DNA of 63,449 nucleotides from Rickettsiales bacterium (GTDB lineage Bacteria; Pseudomonadota; Alphaproteobacteria; Rickettsiales; UBA1997): NCBI GenBank assembly GCA_005787525.1, contig SYAR01000030.1, positions 1 to 63,449 of the forward strand, read 5' to 3'. Shown piece by piece: positions 35,586 to 45,212 of this stretch (position 1 is its first letter; each line of letters starts with the position of its first letter). The notes under the pieces were generated by a model. It saw only the letters and a program-made list of their open reading frames with translations, ran no database searches and was not told where the DNA came from. The position numbers and the translations under genes were made by a program.

Positions 35586-36257
35586 TTATTTTACAAAAAA
35601 AATTTTTTGTAAATTTTCAAATTCATTTTTTAAGATTTTATTAAAATTTTCTTGATCAAAATTTTCAATTCCAAGCTCAGAAAATGAAGTAATTCCAAAT
35701 TCTTTAATACCGCAGGGAACTATGTTATTAAAGCCTTCGAGATCAGGATTGACATTAAGCGCAATGCCGTGATAACTCACCCATTTTTTTATTTTTATGC
35801 CAATTGCCGCAATTTTTTTCTCGCCCGTCGCAGTTTCAACCCATAGTCCAACCCTACCTTTTCTAATTCCCGCTTCAATTTTATAATTTTTTAAAACTGC
35901 TATTATCCATAATTCAAGAAACTCTACAAACCTTGATATATCTGGCTTGGCTGGATAAAAAAGTTTTTTTAAATCGAGCAAAACATAAATTATTTTCATA
36001 CCAGGGCAATGATAGGTATATTTGCCACCGCGATTAATTTTAAAAACTTCAATATTTTTATTATCAAGCAAATCCTCATCCTTGGCACTAATGCCCGCGG
36101 TATAAACTGGATAATGCTCTAAAGCCCAAATCAAAGAATTACGCTTTTCTTCGATAATTTCTTGTGCGGTTTTTTCCATGAATTTCAAGGCTTCGTCGTA
36201 TTTTACTAAATTTTTTTCAACGCGCCATTCAATGTTGTAATTGCACTTTTTAGTCAT
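35586..36257 (-). CDS. lipB: Octanoyltransferase (lipoyl(octanoyl) transferase)
   Basis: 223 aa with LEHYPVYTAG, NRGGKYTYHCPGM, KIAAIGIKIKKWVSYHGIALNV and IVPCGI. Confidence 0.9.
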   Translation of the reverse strand: MTKKCNYNIEWRVEKNLVKYDEALKFMEKTAQEIIEEKRNSLIWALEHYPVYTAGISAKDEDLLDNKNIEVFKINRGGKYTYHCPGMKIIYVLLDLKKLFYPAKPDISRFVEFLELWIIAVLKNYKIEAGIRKGRVGLWVETATGEKKIAAIGIKIKKWVSYHGIALNVNPDLEGFNNIVPCGIKEFGITSFSELGIENFDQENFNKILKNEFENLQKIFFVK

Positions 36258-36318
36258 ATGGTTAATTTAATTAATATAGAAAATTTTAAACATTTAAAAA
36301 ACAAAAGCAAAAAAATTT

Positions 36319-36945
36319 ATGATTGGAAAATTACGAGGAAATATTGATCAAGTCAATGATGACAGATGTATTCTTGATGTTAATGGAGTTGGTTATTTAG
36401 TTTTTATCTCACATAAAACTGCACAATTTTTTCGCCAAAATCAAACTAATTTGGGAATTTCTTTAGTAATTGAAACCATTGTCAAAGAAGACGCCATCGA
36501 GCTTTACGGTTTTGTTCATGAAATCGAAAAAATTTGGTTTTTAGAATTAATGAAAGTTCAAGGCGTTGGTGCTAAAATGGCTCAGAAAATTTTAAGCGCA
36601 CTCACGATTGAAGAATTGGCTAAAGCCTTGACCGTCAGTGACATTAAAAGTTTTAACAACATTTCAGGAATCGGTCCGAAAATGGCCTCTCGCTTGACTA
36701 CCGAGCTCAAAGAATCGGCAAAAAAACTTGGAATAAATGTGTCTTTAGATTTTAATGAAAATCTTACTAATCAAAATTTTTCTTCCAATCAGATTATTAG
36801 CGATGCAGTTTCTGCCTTAGAAAATCTTGGTTACAAAAAACATGATTGTTTAAAAATTATTAATTATGTTTTTTCTCAAGATGAAAAAATTACGCTCGAA
36901 AATTTGATTACTCAATCGCTTCGTGAATTAAGTAAAAAAAAGTAA
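36319..36945 (+). CDS. ruvA: Holliday junction DNA helicase RuvA
   Basis: MIGKLRGNI..., VNGVGYLVF, LYGF, and the HhH motifs VQGVGAKMAQKIL / ISGIGPKMASRL. No ruvB or ruvC is adjacent. Confidence 0.9.
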   Translation: MIGKLRGNIDQVNDDRCILDVNGVGYLVFISHKTAQFFRQNQTNLGISLVIETIVKEDAIELYGFVHEIEKIWFLELMKVQGVGAKMAQKILSALTIEELAKALTVSDIKSFNNISGIGPKMASRLTTELKESAKKLGINVSLDFNENLTNQNFSSNQIISDAVSALENLGYKKHDCLKIINYVFSQDEKITLENLITQSLRELSKKK

Positions 36946-36956
36946 TTTAAACAAAA

Positions 36957-38708
36957 TTATTCTTGAGAATCGCGATATAATTCTTCAATTTCTAGAGCAA
37001 ATTTTTTCTCTAAAATATTTCTTTTTAACTTCATTGAAGGCGTGATTTCACCGGTTTCAATGCTAATTGGCTCGATAATAATTTTAAACTTTTTAATTTG
37101 TTCCCAATTATCAAATTTTTTGTTAATAATTGCAATTTTTTGAGCTACAAAATTTTGTAAAATTATTGAAGTTAAAAAATTATTATCATCGCCAAAAAAT
37201 TTGAATTTATTTTTAATATTTTTAAGCAACTCAAAATCAATAAAAAGTAAGGCACTTACAAAGTTTTTACCTTCGGCAATAACCAATGCCCCGATTAGAA
37301 AATTCAACTCTTGAACCAATTTTTGTTCAAGCAAAACTGGATGAACAAATTTGCCATTACTAGTTTTAAAAACTTCCTTTTTGCGTCCAATAATTTTAAC
37401 AAAACCTTCTTCGTCAATTTGTGCTAAATCTCCTGTTTTAAACCATTCGCCATCAAAAGTTTCTGCGGTTTTTTGCGGATTATTGCGATATTTTTTCATG
37501 ACATTGATTCCGCAAGCCAACAGCTCGCCATCTTCAGCAATTTTAAGTTTAACCGATGGAAAAGCCTTCCCAACTGAGGTGAATTTATGATGATGCGGAG
37601 CGTTGGTAGCAAGAACTGGCGAGCATTCGGTTAAACCATATCCGCAATAAATTTTCACTCCAATATTCCAATAAAATCTTTCTAACTCCTTAGATAAAGC
37701 CGAGCCACCACAGATTATCATACACATTTCGCCACCCATTGCTTGACGAAATTTTTGATAAATTATTTTGTCAAAAATTTTATCAATAAAATTTTTCGAC
37801 GTAAGCGGATCCTTTTTTAGAGCTCTTTTTAAAGCTTTTTTGCCAATAATTTTTTTAAAAAAACTCGCTTCTTCAATGCCATTATTAATTCTCGCAAAAA
37901 CTTTTTCTAGGGCTCGAGGCACAGATGTCATAAGGTTGGGCTTAATTTCTTTTAAAAAACTTCCTAAATTTTTTATGTCATCAACAAAATAAATCGTTAA
38001 ACCCTTAGAAATGTAATACATCATCACCATTCTTTCAAAAATATGGGCCAAAGGCAAATAAGACAACGCCACTTCAAGATTATCGAGATGGAAAAATGTT
38101 TCGGAATCTTTAATTTGCGAAATTAACGCTTGATGCGAAATCTCGACTCCCTTGGGGCGGTCAGTGCTTCCCGAGGTGTAAACAATTGTAGCAATATCGT
38201 CATTTTTAATTTGTGCAATTAAATTTTCGAAATAAAGATTATTATCAACAACATTTTCTTCGTTTTGTAACAAATCTTCAAAATTAATTGAAAGAGTTGA
38301 TTTAAAGCCATATCCAATAATTATAATTTCTGGAAATTTTTCTTTAATTTTTCCGCAAATTTTTTCGTTATCAGTAAAAAGAAATTTTGCATCGGAATCT
38401 TTTAGTTCATAAAAAAGATTGTCTTCGGAAATATTATTAAAAATTGGAACCGTAATTGCACCAGCTAAAATAGCACCCAAATCAACCATTAACCAAATTG
38501 GATTTTGATAAGAATAATTGGCAAGAGATTGCCCTTTTTTTAAACCTAATTTTTCTAAACCCTTAGTAAAGGTAATAATTTTTTCATAAAAATCTTCGTT
38601 CGAAAAACTTCGCCATTCTTGATTTTCTTTGAAATTTAAAAAATTTTTATTGTTGAAATTTTGATGTTGAAATTTAATTAATTCGCCTAAATTATTAAAA
38701 TTTTTCAT
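36957..38708 (-). CDS. Long-chain acyl-CoA synthetase (AMP-forming, ANL superfamily)
   Basis: AMP-binding motif YTSGSTDRPKGVEISH, plus YGLTE, GWFKTGDLA and IIGRKKE. Confidence 0.8.
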   Translation of the reverse strand: MKNFNNLGELIKFQHQNFNNKNFLNFKENQEWRSFSNEDFYEKIITFTKGLEKLGLKKGQSLANYSYQNPIWLMVDLGAILAGAITVPIFNNISEDNLFYELKDSDAKFLFTDNEKICGKIKEKFPEIIIIGYGFKSTLSINFEDLLQNEENVVDNNLYFENLIAQIKNDDIATIVYTSGSTDRPKGVEISHQALISQIKDSETFFHLDNLEVALSYLPLAHIFERMVMMYYISKGLTIYFVDDIKNLGSFLKEIKPNLMTSVPRALEKVFARINNGIEEASFFKKIIGKKALKRALKKDPLTSKNFIDKIFDKIIYQKFRQAMGGEMCMIICGGSALSKELERFYWNIGVKIYCGYGLTECSPVLATNAPHHHKFTSVGKAFPSVKLKIAEDGELLACGINVMKKYRNNPQKTAETFDGEWFKTGDLAQIDEEGFVKIIGRKKEVFKTSNGKFVHPVLLEQKLVQELNFLIGALVIAEGKNFVSALLFIDFELLKNIKNKFKFFGDDNNFLTSIILQNFVAQKIAIINKKFDNWEQIKKFKIIIEPISIETGEITPSMKLKRNILEKKFALEIEELYRDSQE

Positions 38709-38726
38709 GATTTAATTTTTTAAAAA

Positions 38727-39845
38727 TTAGTAAATTTTCATTAATAAATTCCACAATAATGATAGCTTGCGATGAAGATTTTCATTATTGCGGATGATTT
38801 CACGAACTAAAATATCGATATTCGCCATTTTAGCAAAAATCAAGGTGAGCATCATTAGAAATAAGATTGAAAAATAGTTAATTAAGGAATCGATAAACCC
38901 AGGCTTGATAACCCCTTCGGAACTTTTAATATTTTCAACTTTTTTAATTCTTGAAGTAGTTTTTGGATGAGTTGAAAAAATTGTAAAATAGCCATTTTCA
39001 CCCAACATTGAAAGTGCCAATGCCATATTTTTGCCACCAAAAGCTTTGCTGGCTTGCATATCGCATCGATATTCAATTGAACGTGAAGTAAATTTTCGCA
39101 AAAACTCATAAACATTGTAAACAATCACCGAGTTAAAAAAAGTAAATAGGCTATTAAAAATATTATAACCCGTTGACATTAAATAAGCTGAAGACCTTCC
39201 GCCATAGGGAAAAACCGAAACTAAATTTGCTAATCCAATAAAAATTAGACGCAATAATTTACTGATAAAATTAGTGACTTTTTGATTGGTGATTACAATA
39301 AAACTTGGCAAAAAATCTTTATTAATTAAATGCGACATTTCATGCGAAATAACACTTCTAACCGCCGATAAAAACATCTTTGGCTCGGGACATAAAACTA
39401 AATAATGATCAATTAATCCACGAGTAATTACTATCGCTCTGGATCCAAGACTAGCAACGGCATAAGCATTTATTTCATTAGAATTTTTTATATATAAATG
39501 CACTGAATTTTCGCCAAATTTTTCTTTAACCTGCGACATTATTGGAGTAAGAAAATCATATTCTTTATATTTCTCATATTTCTTACATTTTTTTAAAGAT
39601 GATCGGACTGAAAAACCAAAAATAAAATCTAAAAATAAATAAAAAAGCATTAAAAAACTGATAAGAAAAATAACAATTCCAAATATATCGATGAGTTTAC
39701 TAAATATTGAGCCAGAGATAATAAATTCGCCCTTTTGATAATCAATAAAAGGTAATAAAAATGCTAAAAATGGTGATAAAATAAACAATAGATTAAAACA
39801 TGCGACTACATAAACTAATATCAAACTGAAAGGCTTGGCGAACAT
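38727..39845 (-). CDS. Membrane-bound M48-family zinc metallopeptidase (HtpX-like)
   Basis: Multi-TM N-terminus, HEMSHLINKD (HExxH), and a downstream EYRCD / STHP segment. Confidence 0.65.
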   Translation of the reverse strand: MFAKPFSLILVYVVACFNLLFILSPFLAFLLPFIDYQKGEFIISGSIFSKLIDIFGIVIFLISFLMLFYLFLDFIFGFSVRSSLKKCKKYEKYKEYDFLTPIMSQVKEKFGENSVHLYIKNSNEINAYAVASLGSRAIVITRGLIDHYLVLCPEPKMFLSAVRSVISHEMSHLINKDFLPSFIVITNQKVTNFISKLLRLIFIGLANLVSVFPYGGRSSAYLMSTGYNIFNSLFTFFNSVIVYNVYEFLRKFTSRSIEYRCDMQASKAFGGKNMALALSMLGENGYFTIFSTHPKTTSRIKKVENIKSSEGVIKPGFIDSLINYFSILFLMMLTLIFAKMANIDILVREIIRNNENLHRKLSLLWNLLMKIY

Positions 39846-39940
39846 TTTGTAAATGAAAATAATTGTTATTTGAAATTTTTATTTTAGTGTTATTATGCTA
39901 AAACAATAAAAGTTTAATTTTCTAATTCAACATAATAAAA

Positions 39941-40771
39941 ATGCGTACAATTCGATTCAAAAATTTTGAAATATCAAATAATTTACCTTTCGTTTTAATT
40001 GCTGGACCCTGCCAAACAGAGTCGCGCGACCATTCAATGATGATGGCGGAAAATATTAAAAAAATTTGCGATAAATTAAAAATAAATTTTATTTATAAAT
40101 CATCTTTTGATAAAGCCAATCGCTCGAGTGTTTCAAGTAAAAGAGGCATGGGCTTGGAAAATACTTTACCAATTTTTGCTGAAATTAAAAAGAATTTTGA
40201 TTGCCCGATTTTAACCGATATTCACAATGAAGAACAATGTAATTTGTTAGCTAATTGTGATGAAGTTGACGTTTTGCAAATCCCCGCTTTTCTGTGTCGC
40301 CAAACCGATTTACTGGCTTGTGCCGCAAAAACTAATAAAATTATTAACGTAAAAAAAGGGCAATTTTTAGCACCTTGGGACGCACAAAATATCGTGCAAA
40401 AAATCGATCATAATGGCAATAATAAAATTATGTTGACTGAACGTGGCGTTAGTTTCGGCTACAATACTTTGGTTTCCGATATGCGAAGCCTGCCGATTAT
40501 GGCAAAAACTGGTTGCCCGGTAATTTTTGATGCAACCCATTCGGTTCAACAACCTGGAGGGCTTGGCGGAGCTAGTGGTGGACAAAGAGAATTCGTCGAA
40601 ACTTTAGCATCGGCGGCCGTCGCGGTTGGAGTTGCGGGCTTATTTATCGAAACTCATCAAGACCCCGACAACGCACCTTCCGATGGTCCGTGTATGTTGC
40701 GTCTAGACTCGCTTGAATTACTTCTTACAAAGCTTAAAAAATTTGATGAAATTGCCAAAAATTTTAAATAA
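39941..40771 (+). CDS. kdsA: 3-deoxy-8-phosphooctulonate synthase
   Basis: 276 aa with [59 protein letters not shown], and G.F.E.H.DP..A.SDGP. Confidence 0.95.
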   Translation: MRTIRFKNFEISNNLPFVLIAGPCQTESRDHSMMMAENIKKICDKLKINFIYKSSFDKANRSSVSSKRGMGLENTLPIFAEIKKNFDCPILTDIHNEEQCNLLANCDEVDVLQIPAFLCRQTDLLACAAKTNKIINVKKGQFLAPWDAQNIVQKIDHNGNNKIMLTERGVSFGYNTLVSDMRSLPIMAKTGCPVIFDATHSVQQPGGLGGASGGQREFVETLASAAVAVGVAGLFIETHQDPDNAPSDGPCMLRLDSLELLLTKLKKFDEIAKNFK

Positions 40772-40773
40772 TT

Positions 40774-41481
40774 ATGAAAAAAATATTAAAAATTTTAGTG
40801 ATCGATGATGACACTCGCCTTAGAAATCTGCTGGGAAAATTTTTAACAGAAAATGGCTTTGAAACCACTTTAGCAAAGGATACTGAAGAAGCAAAATCAT
40901 TTTTAAATATTCAAAAATTTGATTTATTAATTGTCGATGTAATGCTTCCAAATCAAAATGGCATTGAATTTACCCATAATTTTCGCCTCGCTCTCGACAC
41001 TACTCCGATAATCATGCTCACCGCTCGAGGTGATCAAGATGATCGCATTAAAGGGCTTGAAGTTGGCGCTGACGACTACATGCCTAAGCCTTTTGAACCC
41101 AAAGAACTTTTACTTCGCATTAATAATATTTTAAAAAGAACGCAAAATAATGTTTTTAATAATAATTTTGAGCAAAAAAATATTGGTAATGAATCCATAA
41201 TTTGCTTTGGAAGTTTTAGCTTTAATTCGCATCAATTGCGTTTAAAAAAAGGTGAAGAATTTATTCATCTTACCGAAAGCGAAGCCAAAATTTTAAAAAT
41301 TCTTGGAGAAAATCAAGGCAATGCGATCGCTCGCAACAAATTATCAGAAATGCTTGGCGGAGTTGACGAGAGAAGCATCGATGTTAGTATCACGCGTTTG
41401 CGAAAAAAAATCGAAACCAATCCTAAGCAGCCACATTATCTACAAACCATTAGAAATTTTGGTTATATTTTATATGATTAA
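40774..41481 (+). CDS. OmpR/PhoB-family response regulator (receiver + winged-helix), no kinase adjacent
   Basis: ILVIDDD, the phospho-acceptor context LLIVDVMLP, MLTARG, ADDYMPKPF, and a C-terminal Trans_reg_C segment (SIDVSITRLRKKIE...YLQTIRNFGY). The start is 2 nt after the kdsA stop. Confidence 0.85.
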   Translation: MKKILKILVIDDDTRLRNLLGKFLTENGFETTLAKDTEEAKSFLNIQKFDLLIVDVMLPNQNGIEFTHNFRLALDTTPIIMLTARGDQDDRIKGLEVGADDYMPKPFEPKELLLRINNILKRTQNNVFNNNFEQKNIGNESIICFGSFSFNSHQLRLKKGEEFIHLTESEAKILKILGENQGNAIARNKLSEMLGGVDERSIDVSITRLRKKIETNPKQPHYLQTIRNFGYILYD

Positions 41482-41596
41482 AAATGCCAAATAAAATCGT
41501 TTTTTTAATTAAATTTTTTTAATATAATTTATTGTCGAGAAAATTTTTAAAATGTTTTTAAAATAAAAAATATTTTAAATAATTTATTTCATTTTC

Positions 41597-43255
41597 TTGA
41601 TAAAAAAATACCAAAAAGCTTTTAGTGTTATCGAAATTTCAATCATTATTTTGGTGATTGGCATCTTGATTGCGGGCATATCGCAAGCTATCGAAATGTT
41701 CTCTGAAGCTTCGTTAAAAAGTGCTCGCAATCTTTCAAAATCATCGAGAATTTCGCGAATCGATGATTTATCTTTATGGCTTGACGCCACTTCCGACAAG
41801 GCTTTCGACAAAGAAAAAGATGATAATTCAACAATTTCAATTTGGAAAGATACTAATCCGCAATCAACATCCTCCGCCTCTTCAAACAGTTCTTCGGCAA
41901 GCCTTTATCCATCTTTCATTTTATCAGCAATAAACAGTTTATCAGCAGTGAGATTCAAAAAAACTAGTGCAACAGTTGGTAATTGCGTAACTATTCCAAG
42001 CCAATCTTTCGTTAATAATTCCGAAGATTTTACCTTATATTTAATCTTCAGCCCCAAGACTTTAGATAATGGAATTATTATTGAAAAAAACAATGCTACC
42101 GCCCCAACTTTCCCATTTTCTTTAGAATTAAATTCGGGTTTTTATAAATTTAGTGTTAAAAATTCTTCAACAACTTTAAGTGTTTTGGGCGCCAAAAAAG
42201 CTAATATCAATAAACCTAATTTAATTCGTCTTTCAAGATCCAAAGGCTCGTAAATTGAAATTGTTATTAATGGCGTAAGCTCAACCGAAAGTGACACCCT
42301 CACCTCATCAACTTTAAATACAACCGAACTGGCAATTGGATGCAGAAACGGAGCCACTCCCACCAGTTTTGTTACTGGTGATATTGGTGAAATTGTATTT
42401 TTTAATCGCAATTTAAGCGTTAAAGAAAAAGCCGATATTGATGAATTTTTTTACCAAAAATGGAAAATGAAAAAATATGAAGGGGCGTTGGCGAGTTCTG
42501 AATTGCCTTGTGTTGTTCCAAATAATATTAATGCTGATCCAGCGGTTACAATCGCTCCATCAACAGAAAGCTCTCAAATTAATTGTGCAACAGGCTTTAT
42601 TGGTTCAATAAATTATAAATGCAGTAATGGAGTATTTTCTGTAACAAAAAATAGTTGTTCAGCGACAAGTTATTGCAATGTTCCAAACAATCTTAACACA
42701 ATAGAGGATGGCGCTCGAGTTTCATTTACTTTATCTCAAACTTCATTAACTTGTAAAAGTGGGTATAGTGGAAATGTAACCTATACTTGCGATGCCAATG
42801 GGGTTTTTGCTTCGAGTGGCACTTGCGATGAAGCTTCTTGCTCCCTAAGTGGAACTATAACTGCAGAGTATTATGAAACACAAGATATAACATATGATGG
42901 TGAAACTGGAGAAGAATACTATAATTGCTTGCCTACACCACAAACATTTAATTTACCAAGTTCTGATGCTGAAACCGTTCTGCCGAGTTCAACATGGAAA
43001 ATTAAAAATATATATATACCTGGTTATTATCGATTTGCTATAAGATATAATTGTTCGCTAATTAACAATATTTATACTTTAAGAGTAGAATTGAAAACTG
43101 GATGTTATCTTTATGGTAATCATTATAATCTTGGGGAGTGCTTTATCTATAGTGGTAAAAACAGAATGTGTTTTAATTTTAAATCTTATCTTGCTGACTC
43201 AAATTGCCAAGCAAATCTGCCACCAGATTGCGAAAGTAGATGGATTCTTAATTAA
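41597..43255 (+). pseudogene. Prepilin-leader + LamG-like + tandem Sushi/CCP-like Cys modules protein, interrupted by one in-frame TAA (42251..42253)
   Basis: ORFs 41597..42253 and 42467..43255 are in the same frame (870 nt apart). The 71 codons between them contain no stop and continue the LamG-like domain (...LIRLSRSKGS*IEIVINGVSS...LAIGCRNG...FVTGDIGEIVFFNRNLSVKEKADIDEFFYQKWKM). The N-terminus MIKKYQKA/FSVIEISIIILVIGILIAG fits a type IV prepilin/pseudopilin cleavage-methylation motif, starting at TTG. Confidence 0.65.
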
Positions 43256-43307
43256 AAATATAAGAATGAAAAACTATTTTTTTTGAATTTTTAAAATAAA
43301 AACTATC

Positions 43308-44495
43308 TTAATATTTGAAGGAAAATATTTTCTTCAACCGTAAAATCGCTTCGTCAATTTCATTTTCATTTCTAATCATTGAGAATCTGACGAAACCTTC
43401 GCCATTAACACCAAATGAACTTCCGGGCGACATCGCCACACCCGTTTCGAGAATCATTTTTTTGCAAAAATCAAATGAAGAAAAATGTGAAAATTGCGAC
43501 GGAATTTTTGCCCAAACAAACATGCTGGCTTTAGGATAATCAATATGCCAACCCAATTCTTGAGCGAATTTTTTAACAAAATAATCTGCCCTTTTTTTAT
43601 AAAGTTGGCGTAAATTTATTAAGTAATCGTCGCTTTTTTCCGACAAAGCACTCGCCGAAACCATTTGCAATGGCGAAAAAGAACCGTAATCGAGATAAGA
43701 TTTAATTTTATATAAAGCTGAAATCAAATTTTTGTTGCCGACCGCAAAGCCAACGCGGGCCCCCGCCATTGAATAACTTTTTGAAACCGAAGAAAATTCG
43801 ATGGCAATTTCATCTGCTCCCTTAACTTCCAAAACCGAATTTGGTTTGCTTTTTTCATCAAAATATAGTTCACAATAAGCTATATCAGAAATTATGTATA
43901 TTTGATGCTTCCTACAAAAACTAACTATTTCCTCATAAAAGCTAATATCGGCAATTTGCGTTGTCGGATTGCACGGGTAAGAAATTATAACGGCTTGTGG
44001 TTTTTTTGCAGAATTTTCAACATGATGAATGAAATTTTTTAAAAATTCTTTCGCCGTCAAAGCATTAATATGAACGATATTGCTCTTAGAAATTATAAAA
44101 GCAAAAGTATGAATTGGATAAGAAGGCGATGGGACACAAATATAATTTTTGTCATCGGAAATTGCCGTTGCCAGCGAGGCGATACCCTCTTTGGCGCCAA
44201 TCGTTACAAGGCTTTGCGTTTTGTAATCGAGCTCAACCTTAAATCTTCTTTGATAATAATTACAAATAGCTTTTTTCAAAATTTCAATGCCACCCGTAAC
44301 CGAGTAACCGTAAAGCTGTGGATTTTTGGTAAGTTCGGCAAGCTCGTTCATCACATGTTGTGGCGGTGCGGAATCTGGATTACCCATGCCAAAATCAATT
44401 ATATTGAAGCCATCTTCAACCGCTTTTTGCTTGAGTTGATAAATCGAAGCGAAAATATAAGGCGGTAATTTTTCCGTTAAAAAAAATTTGGACAT
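43308..44495 (-). CDS. Class I/II pyridoxal-phosphate-dependent aminotransferase
   Basis: 395 aa with IIDFGMGNPD, YPCNPT, and the PLP-lysine context SSVSKSYSMAGARVGF. Confidence 0.8.
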   Translation of the reverse strand: MSKFFLTEKLPPYIFASIYQLKQKAVEDGFNIIDFGMGNPDSAPPQHVMNELAELTKNPQLYGYSVTGGIEILKKAICNYYQRRFKVELDYKTQSLVTIGAKEGIASLATAISDDKNYICVPSPSYPIHTFAFIISKSNIVHINALTAKEFLKNFIHHVENSAKKPQAVIISYPCNPTTQIADISFYEEIVSFCRKHQIYIISDIAYCELYFDEKSKPNSVLEVKGADEIAIEFSSVSKSYSMAGARVGFAVGNKNLISALYKIKSYLDYGSFSPLQMVSASALSEKSDDYLINLRQLYKKRADYFVKKFAQELGWHIDYPKASMFVWAKIPSQFSHFSSFDFCKKMILETGVAMSPGSSFGVNGEGFVRFSMIRNENEIDEAILRLKKIFSFKY

Positions 44496-44502
44496 TGTAA
44501 AA

Positions 44503-44883
44503 TTAACTTTTGTTTAAATCTTTATTTTTTGAAATTGCATCAGCCGTAAAAGTGGTTTTTATCGGATTTGAATTTGGAGCATTGACCGATTTTGAAGATA
44601 AAATTTTAGCAATTCCCATGGGCGAAATTTTACGCGATCTATTTTCAAAATTAACGATTAAAGCCAAATAATAAGCCATGTTTTTACTGCCGACCGCCAC
44701 GATAATTCTAAGCAATTCATCCGGCGACAAATCATCGATATCAATCACTTTTATAAATTGATTGATGGCGTCACCAACCTTTGCTGAGTAGTCTTCATTA
44801 GTCTCATTCGAGTTAGTTTCAAAAACATTTTCTTCGATGTTTTTTATTATTTTTTGCCCAAAAATGTTTTCGCTTGTGCTCAT
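44503..44883 (-). CDS. Hypothetical protein (126 aa)
   Basis: ORF tightly packed (2-7 nt gaps) between co-directional neighbours. No recognisable motif. Confidence 0.4.
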   Translation of the reverse strand: MSTSENIFGQKIIKNIEENVFETNSNETNEDYSAKVGDAINQFIKVIDIDDLSPDELLRIIVAVGSKNMAYYLALIVNFENRSRKISPMGIAKILSSKSVNAPNSNPIKTTFTADAISKNKDLNKS

Positions 44884-44885
44884 AA

Positions 44886-45206
44886 TTAAAGTGTTCCTCT
44901 TGAAATTCGAAATAATCGGTTTAGAACTTTTATAAGATTATTAAAATATTGCAACTCATCTTTGGTAATTTTATATTCATTTAAATCAACATCTTCATTG
45001 GTCACGAAAGCAATTCTACCATAGGTCAAATCATCATCCGAAAATTTTGAAATATGATAAAATAATTCTTCAACAAATCTTTCGATTTCTGGTAAAGTTG
45101 CTTTTATTGCCTCGTCTTTTCTTGCAATCTCAATAATATTTTCAATAAATTGATTTTTCGGCGAAGGGCTTGACGATGGGGAATATCTGTAATCAATTTC
45201 AGCCAT
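44886..45206 (-). CDS. Hypothetical small acidic protein (106 aa)
   Basis: ORF tightly packed between co-directional neighbours. No recognisable motif. Confidence 0.4.
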   Translation of the reverse strand: MAEIDYRYSPSSSPSPKNQFIENIIEIARKDEAIKATLPEIERFVEELFYHISKFSDDDLTYGRIAFVTNEDVDLNEYKITKDELQYFNNLIKVLNRLFRISRGTL

Positions 45207-45212
45207 AATTTA

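Noticed and set aside
41584-42411. Minus-strand ORFs 41584..41811, 41905..42093, 42142..42411 and plus-strand 41721..41933
   Set aside because: They are antisense or off-frame to the prepilin/LamG gene, whose frame carries recognisable domain features.
44070-44468. 132-aa plus-strand ORF
   Set aside because: It is antisense to the PLP aminotransferase and has no motifs.
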